Assembly: GCA_964247055.1 (NCBI GenBank) | Contig: OZ176050.1 | Coordinates: 9,548,001 to 9,612,000, forward strand | Direction of reading: 5' to 3' | DNA: 64,000 bases | Origin: Paragordius varius | Taxonomy: Eukaryota; Animalia; Nematomorpha | In this document: positions 1-13,774 of the stretch, in pieces | How the letters are laid out: each line of letters starts with the position of its first letter | Position numbering within the stretch: position 1 is the first letter of the stretch | Program-made: the position numbers and the translations under genes | Notes under the pieces: generated by a model | Databases searched by the model: none | The model's input: the letters and a program-made list of their open reading frames with translations, nothing else | What the model was told of the DNA's origin: nothing

Positions 1-443
1 AAATACACATTAATATACAATTGAAATAGTTAGTTAAATATTTAATATAAAGCTCTGCAAAAATAAAGATGAGCTACAATAGTCCCTTACTTTTATCATT
101 ATTATCTAATAAATATACCTTTGCTACATAAATTTTTAATTACTTTTATATTATATTATTATAATTATTCTTTCTAAATCAACATAGTAATCTCTCAGCA
201 TATAAGTTCTTGTTTTCTTATAAACATATAAAACCTTATACCTGTATATATTTTATTGTTATATTTTTATTCCTAAATTTCATTATAAGAAAATATCATT
301 TAAGTAATAGATTTTCCAACCTAAGATATTGAATTATTTTCGGCGTATTCATTCTGGATCTATATTCCTTAACAAAATGTGATTTAAACCTTATGAATTA
401 AATTTAATAATTTTCATTATTCGATTCACTTGGCATTTAAAAC

Positions 444-500
444 ATGCATTTGTTAACACCTCGTGCAATTCTTTTATTAGTATTCTTACCCATAGTTGAG
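444..500 (+). other. uif exon 1 encoding the signal peptide
   Basis: ATG at 444 reads [19 protein letters not shown], then GTAAAA donor. It joins in phase 0 to [11 protein letters not shown] (2211) and WNSYQSTCY (6743), the start of the C-type lectin domain. Confidence 0.8.
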
Positions 501-2775
501 GTAAAAGAATTTATATATGATTTATATGATACATATATCAAAACATAAATACTACCAAAAAATGATATTATATTCTAAACTGTCCTCCTTTTCATCTGAG
601 CATCCGCCAAAACAAAATAAGATTCTTTTGTGTTAAAGTTTTTTCTAAACTTTTAATAATTGGGTGTAGCTGCCTCTCTGTCCCATGTCTATACACAATT
701 TTCGTTTATATTGCTCCATTAACTTGCCCACTCAATAAAATTGTTTAAGCGTGCCCATATTTAAGATTTTAACCCTTGATCAGAGTCCATAAATATCTCC
801 ATTTTTCAATGTCCTATATTTCGTTTATTCATTTGTAACTACTTCTAAACCCATCCCCTTTAGTCATAATGTTAAAATCTAAAACTCTCAAAAAATCCAA
901 AATGGTAGCGACCTAAATACCTATCTGAAATATATTACATATTCATATAATTCTCATAGTCGAAAGTGATTGCCTCAACATTTCTACCTATACAGTCGTT
1001 CTTAATAGTTTATTCTACATTTTAACCTTATCTAACACATTACTAACTTTAATTTTGCTTTTTATTATTTAAATTAGTATATGTCCCAAAAGACTCAATA
1101 TACATAAAGTTCCCTTAATATATCTAATAATCAATGATAAATTATTACGCGTTTATTTTTGTTTTAATCACAAATCCCTCTTTAAAAATAATTTTATTAG
1201 GTTTATAGGACATACATTTTACTTTTAAAAATCGAATTTTTTTACCAAATATTTTTTCCTATTCCTTAAAAAATTTAAGCTAAAATAGCCCGAGCTCAGT
1301 GTCTAAATTTTATCCCACAACGTTTATATAAGTTTTAAAGTTTCACCACTGTTGAACATTCGTTTTAGTATTCTAACCGTTTTTCTGAACTATTCAAGGA
1401 TAATTAAGTTTTTTTATCAAAACATTCCCCATTTCACATTTAACATATTACCCCTTTTCATTATTTTCTTGATGCATTAAGCCTTTGTATTTGGTATCCG
1501 TCTATTTATTGGAGACTAAAATCAAAATGCTTCCAATAGTTTGTTATACATTTAGGGTCATTTGTATGAGTCCTTGAGCATCCTCAAATTTGTTAATTTT
1601 ATATAATCATATCTTCCGGCTAAATTTTAAGTGCGATAAAAATGGTGATCTAAATTAAAGTATTTGTAATATTTCAAATTACTTGGTTTAATTTTATGCC
1701 GGCTCATTGTCCAAAAGGTCTTGGTATATCATTCATACGGACCATATTTTTTACACCAATTCAAATCAGAATCTTCCTCTCATATATATGTAAAAAATCA
1801 TACTTTGTAGATTTACAACATTTCTCTTTCGTTAATTTAATTGTTCTGCCTCTTATATCCCAAAAAATAATCGAATTTAATTCTTAAAGGCCCTTTATAT
1901 AATATACAATTGACGAAAATAGGAATCAACTTTTTTAAATAAATTTAGCCAAAACTTCCAATTTATAAAAACTAAATCCGAAAATGTATTTTTTAAACTG
2001 CTGATATGCATTGGATAACCATTCCAGAAATATTAATATCAATAAATATTTTGAATAAAAAAATGTCAGTGAAAATCAATATATAATTACATTTAAAATC
2101 CATGGAAAAATGTCTCATCAACAAACATAAATCAATTATTATTATAATAATAATTGATCTCAAAATTATCATAATTTTTATATTTTATATAATTTTTATT
2201 TTAATTATAGGCAATCACGGAAAAGTTTGAATGCCTAAAAGGTTAGTCAATTTTTTATTATATCATTACAACATTTTTTATTTATATAAATTTTTTATTT
2301 AGACATTCTCTTATTTTTTACCACATAATAGTGACTTTCTTCTTAAAATAATTTGATATAAAGGTGACATTTTATGCAAACGGTTAAATTTAAATTAACC
2401 ACGACCTTTTCTAACACTTTTCTCTTAGAAAATAATGTTATATATGTATTATTTATAATTGTATACTGAAATTTGACCTTTCACTCTCCTCTTGATTCCA
2501 TTTACAATTAATTTTTATTTAAATTTAATTTTATGAGATACAGGTAGAATGCAGGAAGTTTAATATATCCTCAATTATTTTTTTCTTGCAAATATTTTGG
2601 TCAGTGTTTTCATTCTTTTATAATAATAAATATATTTTGACATACTAAAAACGTAAAAATTTATATCGTTCTTGTTAAAAAAACAAAAAAAATGTTTTTT
2701 TTTTACCTTGTAATCGATGATACATTTTTGCATTTTTTTGAAATCATACTATAATAAAACAGAATAAATGATAAC

Positions 2776-2823
<48 letters not shown>

Positions 2824-4349
2824 ATATAGGTGAAGAAATAAATTTACGTTTTTTTACGCTTAAGGAATCGTTTTTCTTCTATTCGATCTGGATTTTTTGT
2901 TGCAACTACCTGTATATACAATTGTTTATTAATTTTTTTTATGTTAAATATTTATAAGACAAAAGTGCTGATTACTTAATTTATAGAATAAAAAAATTAA
3001 ATTTAATTAATTTTTAAGATAGAGAAGATACGATATTAACAGTTGATCTCCCATAAATGTTAGTAGAGTACTAGGTAATCTCTAATTAAATAATAAAACT
3101 GATTAAAATTCCTATTGCTGTAAATATTGAGTTTGCATAATTAAGATATGATATTGTCAAAGTTTAAACGTCGACTAACTGTAGCTAACTTTAAGTAACA
3201 ATTCTAAAACTAAAAATTAATATATAAAATAGGTTTTTATTTTTCCTAACAAAAAATTTGCTTATGACTGTTGCCTATCGAATGACCGATTCATTACTTA
3301 TTGGATAAAATAGTAATGTTTTGTCCATAAGTTATATAATATTAAAATTTAAATACCTCAGAATATGAAAAAACTCGTATTATGATAGATTTTTACATTA
3401 TGTACTTTTTTTTATTAATTAAACAGAAAAACGCTGTATAATGATAATATATTATCATATAAATCTTAATATATTATAAAACATGAATATAATTAACCTT
3501 TAATTGATTCCTTATTCTTCGCCTTAACGAAAATAAAATAAAAATCTCTGATAAACCATCAAAACATTTTAGCTTGCGCGAACATAGACACACAAATAAT
3601 GTCTGACATCTCTAAGTTACGCTCATTTTTTGGCTATTTATTTAAGTCAAATTGAATATTAATTTCTGACTACTTTCCCAGAATATTTACATTTAATATA
3701 CACACTGGACGAATCGGGGTTTTAAAAAGTCTGATAAAATATATATATTCTGATGAAAAAAATAGTATGGGAAATCATATGATACTTTTGGTTTTTGGTC
3801 TTCTTTCATGGTAGCTCCATATCAAAAAAAATCTCAAAATTTAGATCGCGTGATAACTATTTTTAACATATACCGGATTATGAGATCAATATAAGTTATT
3901 CAAAAGGTGCAAACTTTGCTTAAACAATAAAATTTGGCAAAATTTCGATGAAACGTATTTTATAGTATTTTTAAACATGATGAAAACTGTGTAAAATTAG
4001 TGTAAAATAACGCTTTATCTATCTAATTTGATAATGCTTAACATTTCTATCATTTCTAAATATTAGTCAAAAGATTAATTCGCCAATTTCTGTAAAATTA
4101 AAATTGTTTTTAAAAAAAGTTTAATTTTATATAAAAAATGTTTTGGCTTAAGTTATTTCATACTATAGTTGGGCAATTTGCAACACACTAGCGTATGGAA
4201 AAAGAAAGGAATAAATTGTTGACAATGACAATAACACGGGGTGCACCCCTTTTTACAATTGGTGAACCAATTGTCAGAGTACCGTGAGCTATATAAGTAT
4301 TTGAAAAACCTTTTAAAATTTTTCTAATAAAATATTTATGATTGCAAAT

Positions 4350-4388
<39 letters not shown>

Positions 4389-7300
4389 TACTATTATGAT
4401 AAATTTTTTACTGTAGGTTAGTGTTATTAAATTATTATATTAGAAATAAAAAGGAATTAAAAAAAAATACCGTACATAACCTGCGCTTTGGAAAGGACAT
4501 TATTGTTTGATTTTTGGAACAGAGGTTTGATATTAATAGAGTTGTTGATAAGTGACAATAGTTTTAATTAAATGAAACGTTAACGACAAAAAACAATTAT
4601 GATTTAACCGAGCAGACGATAACCCAAATAAAATTTATAAGAATATATGATTAAAAGATTATTAAAAATATAATTTAATAGAAAAGGGTACTTATCTTTG
4701 ATTTTCCTGTGGCATAGGTACTGTTCCCCTAAACAACTGAAGTTTTACCAGTGACTCAACTTTTATTATAAAAGAATATTCATTTCCGAGTATCGAAAAA
4801 CTTCATCAGGGTAATAAGCCTCTTTGGATTGCACTCTTTACAAATAAGGAATCATCCATATCCCTAAAGTATAAATATATAATATGTATTTGATGGTTCT
4901 GGTGTGTTCTTCTAATATCCAAAAGGCAGACGATTTCGACCGAATCGCGAAAAGCCCAAAATGATAAATTGGTAAAGCATACCTTACTTTTTTTAAAAGC
5001 ATATGAAATCACCACATGGTTTAAAAAGGAATGTATATCGGAATAAATTGTTTATTCAACATTTTGTTGTTTTCCCTACACTACTGTTATGCAAATTGCC
5101 TTACTATAGTGCAAGTAAGCAACCATTGAAATGCATACTGTATATCGGCTGTATAAGATTCTGACCCAACATGAGCAGTTAAATCATATAATTTTACCAT
5201 TTTAAAAACTCTTTACATCTCTACTAACTATAAATTTTTACTTTTTTTATATTTATATTGAAAATTAATACATTAAAATATTTTTTGTTTAAAGTTTAGT
5301 GTACCATAAAAGTTATTTTTATGATATTTATCATGTCAATATTTACATGGATTTTTAATTGTTAACATCCTGGTAGATGAATTGGATTCATTTGGATTAC
5401 ATTACATTACAATTAATTAACTTATGAGTATTACTAATTACAATACTTTTTACGGTATATCATATAGTAGATTAATTATTTATTTTTTATTTCCTTGTAT
5501 AATAAATGAATAATAATATTTTAAAATAAAATTTTTATATTTTAGACAAAATTTCCTCGAGAAATGATAGATAGACTATGTATCAGATGAAATATACACC
5601 GTTTCAAATATTAATATCTTATTAACTCTTCTTCTTTTAAACAGTAATTTTCGATTAATTGAAATTATTTAACAGCAATCGAATTGATTTAAAACAATTT
5701 TTCGATTGTTACAAGTTATCTTCTAAAAATAAAATATACGAAATTAGAAATGAACTAAAAAAAACTTATTCGTAATGTTATTAAGAAAAAAGTGTTTAAT
5801 TAAAAGTAAAAATTAGGATATTTATTTGAGGGATTTGAACCTAAACCATATCAACCTAAAACCCAGAACAATTTAGTTCTTAAACTGGTGGTTTTAACTT
5901 TTTAAGCCATTTGGTTGCAGTTTTAAAGCAAAAAATATTCAAAGATTAAATTTAAAAAATATCCGACCGAAATGGTAAATTTAATCAATATTTAGAGAAT
6001 GATTAAAAATAATCCTTATAGCTCATTTAATTATTATATTTATTTACATCATATTACATCATATTTTTGCATTATTTAATTTATCTAATAAATTTTACTT
6101 GATTCAATATGTATATTTCTTTTTATAAAAAAATAAAGGTATTTTTGGCTTAGGAAAGCGTCAGGTTTTGCCTAGAGTTTACTTTAAAAAAATTGAAAAT
6201 TGTTTGTCATTTCATTAAAATATAGTTTGAAGTCAAATATATGAAAAAGAAGCGTGTTACAGAGTATTCCAATTTTAAGGAACCGATTTTGGTTCAAAAA
6301 ACACCCTATTTTTTTTTAAAAAAATAGAAAGTCATTCTGGTTCATTTCGAAATTTCGAAAACCGGTCCGGTTTGTGTTCAAACCGTACAGGAACCACCCT
6401 GGATTTCAATTTATAGCCAGGATATAGGATATATATGGACCATTCCTCAATTTTATAGTGCTCTTATAACCATCGTCATTTAAACACTTAATGCTACCAT
6501 ATATTTTTTCGTTTTTACGGATAAATGTGATTAAACTGATCGGATACTCAGCTATAACTCTATTTTTTCTCTAGTAAATGATGATTATTAATTAGCATCA
6601 GAAATAAGTGTTTAGTGTATAAATAATCAACCATTTTTGTTCAGTGGGCCCAAATTTATTTTTTCCGCTTTTAACCCAATCTAATAACTAAGCCTTAGCC
6701 CGTAACACAAATTCATAATTTTTTATATTTATGATTTGATAGGTTGGAATTCGTATCAATCCACATGCTATCGCCTATTCCAAGTTTCTATGTCATTCCA
6801 TGCTGCTCAACAAACTTGTGAAAGGTAAGGACACATTTTGATTTGAATCTTTAATTTATTGAAAATCTGTGAAATAAAATATAATTATAGTTTTTTATAA
6901 ACTGCAGATATCAATTTAACCAACCTTTTTATTTTAGCTTTTGGACAATATTTTATATAAGTGTTTTGTTTTTATTATATTCACTAATTGTTTAATTCCA
7001 TGGTGGTTTATATGGCATTTGTAACATTCTAATATCTACGCAATCGACAAAATTATTTTCAAATCTTATATTTAGCAAATTAATCAATCAAAAAATATTA
7101 AAATGCGTAACAATTAGAAATCTTTGAGATCAGACCCAATCCCTATTTAAAAAAATTATTTTTATTTTGTATGAAACAAGTTACTTGAGCCATATTTCAG
7201 CCCGGTTTTTCCCTTACCAAACTTTCAAATAACGCAATCATACTAAAAGTTAAACATTTTTCGCCAATATTTATAACATTATTTACCATGTACTTACTTG

Positions 7301-10300
7301 TCCATAACTCATATATATTAGCATCCTTGTAATTGATTTTAATTAAAGGCCAGAAACTCTGGTATTAATTGATTTTAATTATTGTCTAGAAACTCTGCTA
7401 TTAATATTTTATAAGCTTCTAGCCAATTTTTTTAAAGTATATATCAACCCCTGTGTATTATTATATTTGTGGCAAAAAACGATAATATACCATTTTTTCA
7501 AATTTATCCTTAAACAATTCTAATTCACCCTAAAAATAAATTTTGAGTTTTCGGGCTAATATAACTCATCATTATACGAATTATATCTTTATGCCATAGT
7601 TTATTATTTTTCAGTATTATTTTTATTTTAAACCAGAATTTATTTTTAAAAATATAAAAAAAATATAGATAATTTTAATTTTAAAAACGATAATATATTT
7701 TAGGGTGAATTTGAATTGCTTAAGGGTGAATTTATATTGTTCATGGGTGAATTAGAATTGTTCAAGGGTCAATTTGAACTGTAAATGGTATACTACAGTA
7801 TATGTATTGATTAGACTCAAACTACCAGGCTTTCCAGCTCTTTATAAACTGAGATTGCATCTGGCTATTATATAATATTAAAACTATAGTACATACATGA
7901 AGCATAGATGCAAAATCCCTTATACCATTTTCAAAAACTTCCATAAATTCAAAAAAATGACATACAGTTGTTTTTTATAAAATCTGATTTGTAAAAATTT
8001 TATAAATTTAAAAATACAGCCTAACTTTTTTTGGGCTCATTTTCTAAAAATTGATCCCTTTTTATCTCTTTTAATTTGATATTAAACACCGAAATATTTG
8101 AAATTTTTATTTTGAAATTATGTGTTTTTTTACCTTTAGCTTTATTCGTCTGCCAAAATACTATAACATTTAGCTATTTATTCTCTATTAAATATTTAAT
8201 TTTTCACAATTAAATTTTCACGAGTTTTAAGTGACGATCAAGTAAAATAATCTTTAAATTTTTAGATAAATTTATAATTTAGAAAATGTAACCATTTAAA
8301 TTCAATAATAAACAACTCATCTAATAGGTATTGCAAAGGTTTTCCAATTATATGATATATCTAACTAACATTTTCAAATAAAATAAACAAAATTTATCAT
8401 TTTGCAAAAAATATATAATTTAATTTTAATTTGTCATTTTTAATCACATTTTATACATTATGTTTGTTAATCTTAGAATATTTTAATATTGTTTATCAAT
8501 TGTTATATTTAGCCTTGGTGGAGTGGCAAAAGCATTGAATGTGCTTTTTACCTCATAGTTTTAAAGGCAATTTTACACAAAAGTTTAATAGTTGACCATG
8601 TATCTTAATTTATTACATGACTTTGGTATATAACATCGCCCGCCCAAATTTTGTTGATTTGAATTATTATATTAGTATATTACGAATAAAGTAATCTTTT
8701 ATTTTAGCTTTGGTGCTCATTTGATCAAAATAACCGACACTGATTTAAACACTGTAATTGGGTACAATACAAAAGAATCATATAAAGACATAGATATATG
8801 GATTGGTGAGTATTATAATATTTAATATATTTATAACTTAATAATTTATTCCACACTAATATACCTCCGCCGACACGCATTTATTTTATAATAATGAATT
8901 CCTGTTTGTCATACTTCAAAAGTTTTTAGGAACGTTAATCGGAAAAAATTCAGTCATACGCAATATAACCAAAATCGTTACTCTCTGTAATATTTACCAC
9001 TTCATTCTTTATCATCCTTTTTTTGTCTCACGGCTTAGTAAAAAAAACTATTATGAAAATTTGTGCTAAAATATGATTTCAACATATCTAACGAGAAAAT
9101 TTTTTATTTTTTACCGGCAATCTAAAATCTAAATTATGCCACCCAAATTTAATTGAAACATACAACTTTCACAAAAATTATCGAAAACTTGCTGTTAAAA
9201 TAATATACAGTCATGTATCCTTTATTTTATCAAAAATTTATTTTTTTCGTTAAATGGGCATAAATATTTGGTAAAGAATGAAAAAAAAACAAGAGCTCTA
9301 TGGTAATTCCTAAAATATTTATACCCATTTAATGAAAAAAAAAATTTTGATAAAATAAAGGATATATGACTGTATATTTAAAATTATTACCATTCCATAT
9401 TTTAATATGCCAATATTTTTATGGATTTTTCAAAAATCTAAAAATTGTTTTAAAAAATCGATTTTATCCTGCGCCTAAAAGCTTATAGAATGCATCATTA
9501 AATTTGGCCCATTATCATAGGGGTAGAAAACTTAAGGTATGGAAGTATTAAATTTCATTTTTTTGAATTGGATAACATAAGCTTTGTTAATTTTTTGACT
9601 GCAACAAATCTATGTTTATACCATTTAGATAAGGTGCTTATAATGTTAAAAAAGGTAAAACACATAAAGCACCTGAAATATAAATAAATGATTGCGCAGA
9701 TTTTATTTTGAGGTAGAGTAAGTCGTAAATTTGGTAGGTTGACCGCTTATTGCTCAAAATATTATATTGTAATTAAATATACAAAAAACCATTCATTTAA
9801 ATTTTATACGTGTTAGACATTAAAAATAATATTTTTTGGAGTTCAGGCGCCTACGCATTCCTAGAAAATTCTACTGCAAGTCACTACCCAAACAATTACC
9901 ATTATAAATGGACGGACGGAGAACCATTTTCCGAATATGCCGGTATATGGGGTATGGGTCAACCCAATCTTGTTGACGGGCAATGCGTTAGTCTACGAAG
10001 TCAATCGGCTACACCTCTTATCCTTCATGACCTCATAACGAATTCATTGGCTGTTAATCAGCCCAATTTTTTAAAGCGCACTCAAAATGATACATTAAGT
10101 AGCTTGTACGAGGAGGAGGAGCAAGGACTTAAATTTGAATGGTTCAATAATCAATGTGATGCTTTAAAACCGTTTGTTTGTCAACTCCCTGCTTGCTTAA
10201 ATGGTATACTTATATTTAATCTTAAATATACTTGGATATTACATTTATGTTAATAGAGGTGCAGCTATTAAATTCAATTTTGAAGTGACAATTTTAAATT

Positions 10301-13300
10301 TTCATATAATTAATAAATGTATCATTATCGATTTAGTTGGTTTTTATAAAAACAAGAACGAAAAAGGATCCCTATTTATAAAAAAACAAATTAATTTTTT
10401 TATAAATGTATTCTATACATTCGTCACATAATTTTATCGTCCAAAATTATTTAATGTCAAATATGCTTTTATTTGTAGGCCAATTTCAATGTACCAATGG
10501 GAAATGTATCAAAATGGCTTGGAAATGCGATGGGGAAGACAATTGTCATGATAATTCAGATGAATTAGATTGCCCTAGTAAATTTTATTTAATTGACAAA
10601 ATTAAAATAATTATTCAATAGGCATATATCATAAATACTTAATTATAATTTTATATACAGCCCTAAACTCGTATTATTTGGAGGGAACATCAGGCCAAAT
10701 CCAAACACCTCGTTTTCCGTCGAATTATCCCCCGAATTCTGTTAGTAGATGGTTGTTAGAAGCCCCAATCGGAAGTCAAATAGAATTGCATGTAAATTTT
10801 AAATCAAAACTCTTGTATGAATCGAATGATCATAAATAAGTTTTAATAATATTTTTAGCGTTTGGTTGTCGGATATTTTAAGTTATATGTCTGTGATTTG
10901 ATCTTGCTACTCAAAATAGTAATGTCAAGTTTTTTATTGAGTACCCCTAGTTTTATTTCACCTCTAAATTTATTCAAGCTAATTAAAATGTGTTAACTAA
11001 TAAATTTTACCTTAAAGAATAAAAACTCTAATTTTTTTAAATTCAAATACAGTAAAATACATGGATCCGGTAAGTTTTTAAAATAATATATGTATATACA
11101 ACAATAATTTAAAAAATATTTTTTTTTCAAAAATATTGAGGGAAATGGTCAGAAACTGTTATAATGACAGACTTGAATGTTTCACCATTTTTTTGCCAAA
11201 GGTTTCAAATATAATTAAATTAATTCCATGTTTTAGTTTACAGTGTTTAAAACCGAAGATGCCGATATTGTTGATATATATGTGGGAGGTAAGACCAAAG
11301 CCAAAAGTGTATACTATACATCCCTGAGTGGAAATGGTCGGACATTGGATAGATCTCAATTAGGACACAACAAATTTACATTACATCGCAACGCCTACAA
11401 TGAAAGTATAAAACAGGATATTGCGACAAACAAACTCCAAAATGCCCAACAACTAACCATACTTAGCCCAAATCACTTTATGATCATTATATTTACTTCA
11501 GATTCTTATCGGGAAGAGCGTGGATTTTCCGCGAAATGGAATGCAAGTAATACTCTAAAAATAATATAACTAATTTTTGGCAAGGCCCATTAATAAAATA
11601 CTTGGTACGAATATATATAAAATGGACACGAAAACTATCTTTTGTCGATTTTTACACTCTTTTTTAAATTAACTATTTTTTAATTTATATTTATCGCAAG
11701 ATAAATGTTGAAAGTTGACAAGTTACATTAAATTTATATTTTGATATTAATCTTCATTGTCAGGGACTGATATGAAACGATGTGGCGGAACTTACGAAGT
11801 TTCAGATATATTGCAAACTCTAAATTCTCCTAATTACCCATCATCGTATAATTTAGCCCAAGAATGCAATTATATTTTTACTGCTTCACCTGGTTCACAA
11901 ATAACGTTTGAGGTATAAAAATAATATTTTTACACGTTTATGAAAATATATTTAACGTTTTTATCGATACATATCTGGGTATAATCTTTATCTAATGAGA
12001 TAAGATCATAGTTTAAAATGTAACCGTTTTAGTTCCGTATATTTCTGTAATAAATACCAAGATATATTATTTAGCCAACCAAATAAGACAAAAATAAAAA
12101 ATTTATCTTTTTTTATTTTCCATATTATTTTATTAATTTTTTAACAAAAAAGTTCAAAATGGGTCATGGTGCGGATAATAATGAGCCATGTTTTTTTTTC
12201 GGGTTAATTATATCCACACTATAGATTAGGATATCCCTGTATATTCACTTTAAAGAAGTGTTTCCGTAAATGTTTAAAATATTTAAAAAATATTATAAAA
12301 AAGATTTATTTCTACTTACTAATTAAAAAATTACGCTTTAAAGTTGTACATTTAAATATTATTTTATTATGTAAAAATAGGTGGAAAAATTTTACCTTAA
12401 ACCCAACGATATACTCATTATCCGTGATACAGCTATTAAGTCTCATCCCACCATATATGCATCTACAAACAGTAGCCTGATCTCATTCTATCAATCAGAC
12501 CTAATCGCTATAAATACCATGCCCTTAACCATAACCACAAGTTCCAATAAAGCAGCCATATATTTTTTGAGTTCCCTCAATCCAAGTCCGAAAAATCAAA
12601 TTACATATCTACTTAACCCTGGACCAACATTTTCTCCGGTCTTCCAAATTAACTATTTGGCAGGTAGGGTTTTTTAAATCTTTAAAGTATTATAGGACAT
12701 ATAATTAATTTTTTAGGATTATATATCTATTTTTTGTAAATTTGTGTATAATTTTAACGTATTTATTTAGGATGTGGTCATCACATAATCAAAGATTCAG
12801 GTTATTTAACGAGTCCAGGATTCGGTGTTACTACTTATCCTTTAAACGTTCAATGTGAATGGCTCATTGAAGCTTTGAAAGATAAACCATTTACCATTAT
12901 TATACATATGGCCAATATTAATCCCGATGGTGATTATTTACAGGTTATTTAATTTTTTAAAATTATTTATATAATGTTTAAAAAAATAAATTAAAAGTTT
13001 TATTAATCATTCAATTTTCTGTTGTATAGATCGAAGAATATTTGGAGAATTACACGCAAAATCGTATGAAAAAACGCATAGAATCAGAAATTAAGCATTC
13101 AACCAAAGTACGGATAGCGACTGGAAAAGCACAACTCCGATTCGTAACAAATGAGTATGGTGTTAACAAGGGTTGGAACCTAACATTTTCTATTGGTACA
13201 TACAACTTTTTTATAATATTTATTCGTAACAATTGGATAAGTTTTAACTATAGGGTTGAAATAAAAAGTACCTTTACAATATTATACCTTTTTCGAATTC

Positions 13301-13737
13301 CATATGGATCAAGCTAATTTTTATGAAAATATAACTACCGTACTTTTTCATTGTGCTTTCAGAACAAAACATAACAAATAAAATATCAATTTAAAACTAG
13401 AAACGTACCACTATGTATATTACTATCATACAGGATTAAATTTATAATCATTTTGTTAGTTTAAATTATAAATCCATACATATTTGTTTTTGGTAAATTA
13501 ATTATTTTTATTTGATGTGAACAGATTGTCCCCCTCTTACAATTCCAAATCATGTGCAAATCTTAGAGATGCAAGGTGGAGATCATGAATTCGGATCCTA
13601 CAAAAAACTTAAGTGTGAATCCAATTATGAATTCATCACGCAAGAAAAATCACCCATTGAAACAGTTTGTGGGAATGATGGGAAATGGTCTGTTCCTAAT
13701 ATCCCTGAATGTGGACGTATGACATAATTTAATTCTA

Positions 13738-13774
<37 letters not shown>

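Noticed and set aside
4770-4830. Second hammerhead-like motif (minus strand CTGATGAAG...GGAAA)
   Set aside because: Stem II does not close next to GAAA and no stem I pairing is present.
5825-5870. Isolated B-box GGTTCAAATCC on the minus strand (tRNA or SINE)
   Set aside because: No A-box, cloverleaf, tail or TSD recognisable.
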